Assembly (NCBI GenBank): GCA_903867855.1 | Contig: CAIPTA010000181.1 | Span: forward strand, 12,038-76,037 | Direction: 5' to 3' | Length of the DNA: 64,000 bases | Source: Oligoflexia bacterium | GTDB taxonomy: Bacteria; Bdellovibrionota; UBA1018; CAIPTA01 | Shown: piece after piece, positions 57,434 through 64,000 of the stretch | Numbering within the stretch: position 1 is the stretch's first letter | Layout: each line of letters opens with the position of its first letter | The notes under the pieces: model-generated | The model's database searches: none | Told to the model about the DNA's origin: nothing | What the model saw: the letters and a program-made list of their open reading frames with translations, nothing else | Made by a program: the position numbers and the translations under genes

Positions 57434-59866
57434 TTACAGCGTTCCCGGCGGCGTGATACCAAAGCGAGTGTCTGCCTTATTCTGCAATTTATAGCGATGG
57501 AAAGTGCAGGCTCTTTTTTGGAAGGGAAGCGTGCCTATTTGTTTCTCTAGTTTTCCAATATCGAAGGCAGAGGGATTGGTAGGGTCGGCGCTATTCTCAT
57601 TGAAATAGAGCGTAGTAGTGCAAATACTTTGGGTAGTATCGTCGGGCCAATTGGCTAAGGTTCCATTGGTAGAGCTCGGAATATTGGAGGAAAGTAGCCA
57701 AAGCATGCATAGCTCACCTAGGCGCTGCCCATGGGGTCGGTTCGCTCCATCTTGGGCATTTTCATTAGCCGCATAAGCGGATTCTCTTTGCACCGCTTGT
57801 TGAAAGCCCTTCACAAAAAATTGGCGAAACACTTGAATATTTTCCTCGATATCTGAGCGCGCGTTATCGAGATCGTCAGCGATTGGATCTAGATCTCCAA
57901 TCCCAGCGGACTGCAGGGCCACAGCGAGATCTTGCCCACTTGCCTTTAGTATCGTGGATTGGGTGGTGCCGATTTCACTATTCGCGAATCGATTTTGCAG
58001 GTCGATGTTCACGAGGCCATTCATATCCGTGAGAAATACTTGGGTGCCATTTTGCAGATCGAACAAATTGAAGATGGCTACTAAGCGCTGCACTTGGCAT
58101 TGCTCTGGGGTGAGCGCAATCGGAGTGGGTGGAATTTCTTCCGTGCCAGATTTGGTTGGTAAAACCTTCGGTAATTGTGCAGGGCAGGCTTCCGCATCGG
58201 AAACGGTGAGCTGACGAATCGTTTCATCTACCTTGTGTTTTTCCTGCAGAAGGGAAAGCGGCAACTCAGGATTGTTCGAATTATACTGAATCATGCCATC
58301 CAAGAAACTCGAAATATTTTGCAGCACTTGGTAGGGCGAAAGTGGCGCTCCATTGGAGGAAACTCTTGCGCTCGATAAAATGATGCCAGCATTAGTGGCG
58401 ATGATGCGAGCAAAGTCGGCGTTCACAAGAACCTGTACATTAGGCACTAGCTTATTCCAATTATTTAAGAGCTGGCTCGAAGCCACTGAGAGTTGCGCAG
58501 GATTATAGAGCCCAAGTGTATTGCCGATATAATCCGTGAGCTGAGCGAGTCCGGGTGTTCCGCTGATGCCTTGGTCAGCGGGAGGAACTGCAGGACATAC
58601 AGCCTGTGGCCCAAGCGCGATCCAGCAGGCCCAGAGCGAAGGATTCGACTGGTAAATGCTAAACGGAGTGGGCGTAGAGGTGAAAGAGTTTGGTCCGGTG
58701 ATTGTGGTAGCAGGTGTAATTAGTTGAATCGAAAGACCGGCTATCATGTTCACGATAGCCGCCGATTTGGCATTATCGGAAGAGGCTGATTGCGCTTGGT
58801 CGAGGGCATTGTTGATGGCTGCGATGGAATTTAGATTTTGCTCCTGCACCTCGAAAATTTCTTGGAACACGCTATTTTGTTTTGAGGCTTGGAAGCTATC
58901 CTGCGGCGGCACTTCATTCTGAATTTGACTTAGCCACTGAAGCAAGGAAGGCATCTGCCGACTCAATATATCAATCCCTTTCCACAGAGGGGTGGAGGAA
59001 TAATTCGGCAAACGATTTTTTCTGGCGAGGTCGAGGAGCGTATAGGAATCGTCGGCGTTGCAATAGCTTTCGGTCATCGATTCAAGAGCGCACTCGAGAG
59101 AATCTGGCATTTGACTGCTTTGTGCCGCAAAAATCGCCTCATCATATTGTCCCGTTCGCAAAGTTTCTAGGCCAGTGCTCATTAATTGGCCGATCACAGA
59201 TACGCCGGCACCAAATACGCCGGGTAAAAAACTGCCACCATAGGCTGCGAGATTGGTGCCTAATTCGAGTGCAGCGATAGGGGATTGCTGTAGACATTGC
59301 GTGAGGCTCGGAGAGGTAGAGGTGGTGGTAAGTTGCTGGCCCCAACTGAGCATGGAGCTGAGCTGGCTCACTCGCACATTATGCTGAGAGGTTTGCGTGG
59401 ATACATTGTAGGTGGCTTGATCATTATACATCTGCAAACGCAACGTACTGATAGCTTCCTGGAGGCTCACTGCTTCCGCCGAACCCGCTTTCGAATTCTG
59501 CAAGGCTAGCGTGAGCAGTTGATAGCTCTGCTGGTCGGTTTGGTAGTTCGCATAACTCGCGCCAGACTGGAGATTCTGAATGCTATTTGCTGCCGATTGA
59601 ATGGTAGAGAGTTCGCTGATAAATGGTTTGCAGGCATCCGTATTTTTTAGATTCTCAATTACATTCACGATGGCTTGGCTTTGGGCATTTGCCGCTTGCG
59701 TGAAAACACCTTGGGAGCCGCAGCTGCCTTGAAACGCGGAAAGTACGGCGGGCGCCGCATCCGGACGATTATCTTTCAAGCCTTGGCCGAAGCCGTGGGC
59801 ATTCGTGGCTACAAAAAAATTGATAACCAATAAGAAAAAGAACGGAATATTTTTAGGATTCACCAT
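57434..59866 (-). CDS. giant secreted Cys-containing Q/N/S-rich protein of unknown function
   Basis: Start at the ATG at 59866, with a GAGGG RBS. Signal peptide MVNPKNIPFFFLLVINFFVATNAHG. About 810 aa with low-complexity composition and paired Cys throughout. Confidence 0.5.
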   Translation of the reverse strand: MVNPKNIPFFFLLVINFFVATNAHGFGQGLKDNRPDAAPAVLSAFQGSCGSQGVFTQAANAQSQAIVNVIENLKNTDACKPFISELSTIQSAANSIQNLQSGASYANYQTDQQSYQLLTLALQNSKAGSAEAVSLQEAISTLRLQMYNDQATYNVSTQTSQHNVRVSQLSSMLSWGQQLTTTSTSPSLTQCLQQSPIAALELGTNLAAYGGSFLPGVFGAGVSVIGQLMSTGLETLRTGQYDEAIFAAQSSQMPDSLECALESMTESYCNADDSYTLLDLARKNRLPNYSSTPLWKGIDILSRQMPSLLQWLSQIQNEVPPQDSFQASKQNSVFQEIFEVQEQNLNSIAAINNALDQAQSASSDNAKSAAIVNMIAGLSIQLITPATTITGPNSFTSTPTPFSIYQSNPSLWACWIALGPQAVCPAVPPADQGISGTPGLAQLTDYIGNTLGLYNPAQLSVASSQLLNNWNKLVPNVQVLVNADFARIIATNAGIILSSARVSSNGAPLSPYQVLQNISSFLDGMIQYNSNNPELPLSLLQEKHKVDETIRQLTVSDAEACPAQLPKVLPTKSGTEEIPPTPIALTPEQCQVQRLVAIFNLFDLQNGTQVFLTDMNGLVNIDLQNRFANSEIGTTQSTILKASGQDLAVALQSAGIGDLDPIADDLDNARSDIEENIQVFRQFFVKGFQQAVQRESAYAANENAQDGANRPHGQRLGELCMLWLLSSNIPSSTNGTLANWPDDTTQSICTTTLYFNENSADPTNPSAFDIGKLEKQIGTLPFQKRACTFHRYKLQNKADTRFGITPPGTL

Positions 59867-60066
59867 GTGTATTTGTCCCTCGCTAAAATTTGTATCCCGC
59901 CAATAATTTAGGTGCAACAAAGGAGAGGCAATTTTTTGAGAAAACTATGAAATAAATACGCGATATGACGTTTTGCGTTATATCGTTTTATGTAAACATA
60001 TATTAGTTATAATTGACGGTTCATCCTTTTCTGGCAAGGATCTTTGCAGAAAGAGGGAATAAATTC

Positions 60067-61185
60067 CTAGTTGATAGTGGTATCCAGGGAGTTGTCTTGA
60101 GAGGGTTTGCCACAAGCTTCTTCGATGCAGGTCCAACCTGCGGCCTTGAGGGAGTCGCTCACATTCTGTTGGTGGCTTAAGAGATCGCGAACATAAGCGT
60201 CAGGGTCTACCAATGCGGCCTCTGCACCGGATTTCAATTGCGGCTTCAGCGGATAGGTATAGTAGAGAATGTGGTTCACTTCTTCAAGCTTATCCTTGGC
60301 AGTGGCATTGGAATCAGCGGCGAATTTCTGCTGGTACGCCTTTAAAGCGAAGATAGCTCGCTCAGAGGCGTCGAGGGCCGTCTCCCCTTGATCATCAGGA
60401 AAATCAGAAAATTTATCCACCTGGTTCACAGGAATTTTTTTGCTTTGAATTAACGCTGCCACTACTTTATCCGAAGCATTTCCCGCAGCAGACCAGAGCA
60501 GATCTTTCGTGCTCACATCTGCCCCAGCGTTGATAAGATCAAGAGCGATCTCCTGCTGTGAATTATAAACCGCTGTGCTGAGCACTGGAATCGCTTTTCC
60601 TAAACCACTATCCACTGCATTTGGATTTGCCTTATGTTCTAAAAGAATTTTTACGGCTACTTCATCTCTGTTCGTTACGGCGCGCACAATTGGAGTTGGG
60701 GCTTGGAACATTGGGTCACTCGATGGATCGCTAGAAGAGCCATTACTATTTGGATTCGCACCTTGTTCAAGGGCAAGAAGGGCACAGGCGTTTCTTTGCG
60801 CTATTTCATCTTCGCTTAGTTTGGCGTCGAAATCCTTTGCTTGGAAATCTAATACTCCGTTTAGATAAATGGTCGCTACTTTTTTGGGGTCACTGATATA
60901 GTCAGTATCATATTGGATCGCTAGAAATTGTTTACATTTCGCCAGCGGGGATTCTGGTGGGGGAGGCGCTGGCGCGGGCATAGGTGCGGTATCCACCGAA
61001 TCAGCGGAGTCATCTTGAGAATTTTCGCAGTAGTAATTGTTTACTTCATTCTTCACGATTGTAGAAAGGCTGCTAATGGCGTGTTTCAAGGAATCGAGTA
61101 GAGGCATTCCGGCATGGGCGGGAGGGGCAAATAAGCTGAGGCCCGAGAGTATGAGCACAGAAATGTTAAAGATTTTATTTTTCAT
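60067..61185 (-). CDS. secreted ankyrin-repeat protein
   Basis: Signal peptide MKNKIFNISVLILSGLSLFAPPAHA. Ankyrin-like helix-turn-helix repeats (..KANPNAVDSGLGKAIPVLSTAVYNSQQEIALDLINAGADVSTKD..). Pro-rich N-terminal spacer. Confidence 0.5.
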   Translation of the reverse strand: MKNKIFNISVLILSGLSLFAPPAHAGMPLLDSLKHAISSLSTIVKNEVNNYYCENSQDDSADSVDTAPMPAPAPPPPESPLAKCKQFLAIQYDTDYISDPKKVATIYLNGVLDFQAKDFDAKLSEDEIAQRNACALLALEQGANPNSNGSSSDPSSDPMFQAPTPIVRAVTNRDEVAVKILLEHKANPNAVDSGLGKAIPVLSTAVYNSQQEIALDLINAGADVSTKDLLWSAAGNASDKVVAALIQSKKIPVNQVDKFSDFPDDQGETALDASERAIFALKAYQQKFAADSNATAKDKLEEVNHILYYTYPLKPQLKSGAEAALVDPDAYVRDLLSHQQNVSDSLKAAGWTCIEEACGKPSQDNSLDTTIN

Positions 61186-61348
61186 AGATATGTCGATACG
61201 TTGAAAGCCTACTAGAGGTTATTCATGCTCTATGCCAGCGGAATACCATCGAAAAATCAGCGGAGTAGCCAGTTAGATTAGAGATCCAACTGCCGCGAGT
61301 AGTAGCAGGTGCCTATGTCTTGGGCAGCGAAATAGGCCCACTTCTAGT

Positions 61349-61900
61349 TTATTTCCACTTGATATTGCAGCCCAAACTTGGGCGTTGATCGTGAGATATC
61401 GGCTTTCCAGCAAGTAAATTATCGATGGCAGTTCTAAGGTCTTTGCCACTCACCGGAATTGAATTTCCAGGGCGGCTATCGTCTAATTGCCCGCGGTAAA
61501 CCAGGCGATGCTCCCGATCAAAAAGAAAATAATCTGGCGTACAGGCGGCATCAAAGGCCTTCGCCACGGATTGCGTTTCATCATAGAGATAAGGAAAGCT
61601 ATAGCCAGCTTCCTCTGCCTCCAGCTTCATCATGGCTGGACTATCTTGTGGGTGAAGAATAATATCGTTAGAGCTAATTGCACAAATTCCCACTCCAAAC
61701 GCAGAGTATTTTTTGCCAAGCTTCGCTAACTCGAATCGCACATGCTTCACGAAAGGGCAGTGGTTGCAAATAAACATAATCAATAATGGTTTACTTGCAA
61801 AGTCTAGATTCGTAACTATCTTTCCAGATACGGTATCTGGCAGTGAAAATTTTGGTGCAGGGGTGCCAAGGGCTAACATGGTAGAAGGAGTGCGTGCCAT
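61349..61900 (-). CDS. thioredoxin-fold thiol-disulfide oxidoreductase (AhpC/TSA-TlpA-like)
   Basis: CxxC site in ..LLIMFICNHCPFVKHV.. within a thioredoxin-fold-length protein. Confidence 0.6.
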   Translation of the reverse strand: MARTPSTMLALGTPAPKFSLPDTVSGKIVTNLDFASKPLLIMFICNHCPFVKHVRFELAKLGKKYSAFGVGICAISSNDIILHPQDSPAMMKLEAEEAGYSFPYLYDETQSVAKAFDAACTPDYFLFDREHRLVYRGQLDDSRPGNSIPVSGKDLRTAIDNLLAGKPISHDQRPSLGCNIKWK

Positions 61901-61997
61901 AAAAATTACGATAGCAGCACCTTGACAGATTGAAAAGCAAACTCATCTTTATCTATGTAAGGCGGCCACCTTCGAAACATTATCAGGAGGTTTTTGT

Positions 61998-62372
61998 ATG
62001 AGAACTGTATTTTTTCCAAATGTGTTGTTTGACAATTTAACGGAAGAAAAAGTGATTACCGCTCGCTCTAGAGTGGATGAGGATGCGGCAAACTACTATA
62101 TCCATGTAGAAGTGCCCGGTTTTTCCAAGAGCGATTTGAAGATCCTGATCGAGGATCGCGAGCTGAAAATTGAAGGGGAAAAGAAGGGGAAGTTCCCTGT
62201 TTCCCTAAAGAAGGCATTCAACTTGCCCGACGAAATCGAGATAGAAAAGATTCGTGCCCAAACAAAGGATGGTGTGCTGGAATTAGTGCTACCGAAAAGT
62301 GCAGCACTGGCCCCTAAAGAAATCCCGGTGGAAGAGGGCACTACGAGCTTGTTTCCGGTGGAAAAGGAATGA
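61998..62372 (+). CDS. Hsp20/alpha-crystallin small heat-shock protein
   Basis: ..ANYYIHVEVPGFSKSDLKILIEDRELKIEGEK.. and ..KDGVLELVLPK.. form the alpha-crystallin domain. Confidence 0.85.
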   Translation: MRTVFFPNVLFDNLTEEKVITARSRVDEDAANYYIHVEVPGFSKSDLKILIEDRELKIEGEKKGKFPVSLKKAFNLPDEIEIEKIRAQTKDGVLELVLPKSAALAPKEIPVEEGTTSLFPVEKE

Positions 62373-62400
62373 ATCGAGGCAAAGGCAAGAGATTTCCCGC

Positions 62401-63591
62401 TCAGGGAGATCTCTTGTTTTTTTCTAGGATCCATCTAGAAAAATATTTTGTGCTTTGATGTGCATGATGCCAGAGCAGGGTAGCAATGGTATTTTCCTTG
62501 GTTCGCCTTTGCTTTTCTTGCCATTTCTCTTCTAGCAATTGAATGAAACGCGGAGATTCTCTCTCCCTGGAAAAAAGTTCATGAAGAATAGCAATTCCAC
62601 GCCCGGAGGAGCTTTGCCATAGCACTTCATCTTCGTATAAGCGAATTGCTGCCTGCACAAAATCAGGCCCGCGATCGGCAATGAGACCACCCCAGAGGCT
62701 CGGATTGGGTAGCAATCCCTCTGCGCCAACAGGCGTGCTCACGCAGGGAGTGCCCACACTCCACGCATCCGTTATTTTTCCTTTTAGTCCGGCGCCAAAA
62801 AGAATTGGGGCGAGATTTACGCGATATTTTTTTAAGGTTTCATATTGATCGGGGGTGGCGCCACGAAAAAAAATCCGCATCGAAGAATTTTGTAGATCAA
62901 CAATTTCTTTACGGGGATAGGCGCCATAGAGATGAAGTTCTGCAAACGGCACTTGGCTTTTGATGCCTGGCCAAATTTCTTTCGCTAGGTACTGAGCGGC
63001 CTCAAAATTTGGCGGATGGCGGTAATTACCGATGAACATAAAGTGGGAGCGTTCGGAATAGCTTAGTCCACACTCTGCCTTTTCATAAAAAAAGGGCACA
63101 TAGGCCAGGAGTTCCTTTGGAAATTCAAATTCGGTTTGGATATATTCCATCTCGAATGTTGAAATCAATAAATTCAGATCGGAGCGATAGAGACTGGCTA
63201 ACTCGCGGGGAAGTGTTTCATCAAAGGCTCCTTTCTCTCTCTGCTGCCGTAAAAAATGAAGATCAATCGTATCGATTATTCGAAGGCATTTAGGAAATAG
63301 CTCTCGGATTCTCCAGCCAAATTGCTCTTCCGTCATAAAGCGATCAAAAATAGTGATATTGGGTTGCTCGGCAAGAAGCAGGGCTTGAAGCGCGGTTTCC
63401 TCAAGTGGAATTTGAATTATTTTCACTCCCAATGAACGCAACTCATCTGAAAATGAGTTTTCCTTTGAGTAGGCGAAGAATGTGACTCGCCAATCATTTT
63501 CTAAGCAGGCCTTTACTAAGGAGCGAGTGCGAACTCCGCCAGCGGAGGATCGCTGTTCGGGCCAGATTTGTGCCATGAAAACAATTTTCAA
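62401..63591 (-). CDS. putative glycosyltransferase (GT-B fold)
   Basis: Two-Rossmann-like layout with a C-terminal ..GLKGKITDAWSVGTPCVSTPVGAEG.. donor-binding-like block. Weak. Confidence 0.4.
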   Translation of the reverse strand: MKIVFMAQIWPEQRSSAGGVRTRSLVKACLENDWRVTFFAYSKENSFSDELRSLGVKIIQIPLEETALQALLLAEQPNITIFDRFMTEEQFGWRIRELFPKCLRIIDTIDLHFLRQQREKGAFDETLPRELASLYRSDLNLLISTFEMEYIQTEFEFPKELLAYVPFFYEKAECGLSYSERSHFMFIGNYRHPPNFEAAQYLAKEIWPGIKSQVPFAELHLYGAYPRKEIVDLQNSSMRIFFRGATPDQYETLKKYRVNLAPILFGAGLKGKITDAWSVGTPCVSTPVGAEGLLPNPSLWGGLIADRGPDFVQAAIRLYEDEVLWQSSSGRGIAILHELFSRERESPRFIQLLEEKWQEKQRRTKENTIATLLWHHAHQSTKYFSRWILEKNKRSP

Positions 63592-63992
63592 GATTGTTTT
63601 TCTTTCGCCGCTTTTTTGTAGCTTTCCATAGCTTTCTTTACCAAATCAGAGGCTTGCTTTTCGATATCCTTGCTCTCTGCGGCAGAGATAGTTTGGCCAT
63701 TAAATGCCGGAACCATAATATTATTGCGAATGAAATCATCCGCATTTTTGCCTGCTGGTGTATCCCGCACTTTAGACCAATCGAGCGCACCCTTACCATA
63801 AAGTAGACCGGCAAAGAGTTTCACCGCGACATTTTGTGAATTAATTTGGTTTTGTACAGCGCCCACGAGCAGAGCATCACCAAAGTGTGGCGACTGCAAA
63901 AGAATCCCGACTACTTGTTTTTTTAATGCATTTTGACTGGCCATTAACTCCGGAGAATCAAGGCTTTTTCCCTGTACTATAGCCGGAATCAA
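63588..63992 (-). CDS. hypothetical protein (may extend past window end)
   Basis: 134-aa ORF overlapping the downstream GT gene by 4 nt. No motif. Confidence 0.3.
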   Translation of the reverse strand: MIPAIVQGKSLDSPELMASQNALKKQVVGILLQSPHFGDALLVGAVQNQINSQNVAVKLFAGLLYGKGALDWSKVRDTPAGKNADDFIRNNIMVPAFNGQTISAAESKDIEKQASDLVKKAMESYKKAAKEKQS

Positions 63993-64000
63993 AATTGTAT

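Overview
This 64 kb window is a chromosomal segment rich in genes for secreted and surface proteins. Its content (tail-fibre-like adhesin, type IV pilin paralogues, many signal-peptide proteins) points to a Bdellovibrio-like predatory bacterium (Bdellovibrionota). That taxon call is an inference from gene content, not from any search. GC content is moderate by eye.

Safely recognisable housekeeping genes:
- clpP, clpX and rpoZ; leuS; the H+/Na+ pyrophosphatase hppA; pdxS and pdxT.
- A tRNA-dihydrouridine synthase, a SthA-like transhydrogenase, slyD, bcp, an acyl-CoA dehydrogenase, a UbiB kinase and a photolyase.
- A delta-9 desaturase, an Hsp20, a CBS-domain protein, a STAS-domain protein and a ferredoxin.

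Stretches worth a second look:
- A pilin–fibre locus at 862-6486. Three paralogous type IV pilin-like proteins share a Cys-containing C-terminal motif (CPFRLVLWW-P-C). They sit around a GT-C-like membrane protein, a tail-fibre-like protein with a peptidase-S74 intramolecular-chaperone domain, and a Cys-rich internal-repeat protein.
- A same-strand array fused onto the end of clpP-clpX-rpoZ (11697-16475): an unknown secreted protein, a PLC/AcpA-type phosphoesterase and an 834-aa signal-peptide Fic protein with an intact HPFIDGNGRSSR motif.
- A VWA/FN3 lipoprotein whose linker is a tandem repeat of about 23 copies of an 18-bp unit encoding (TATATQ)n.
- A decaying HEPN/MNT pair.
- A SWIM-SNF2 helicase next to a RAYT/IS200-like HUH tyrosine-transposase gene.
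- A GC-rich palindromic intergenic block downstream of hppA.
- A translationally coupled lipoprotein/beta-barrel pair.
- Two giant Cys-containing N/Q/S-rich secreted proteins, a secreted ankyrin-repeat protein, a small secreted HExxH protein and a secreted catalase-related protein.

No rRNA, tRNA, CRISPR array or prophage structural module was recognised.
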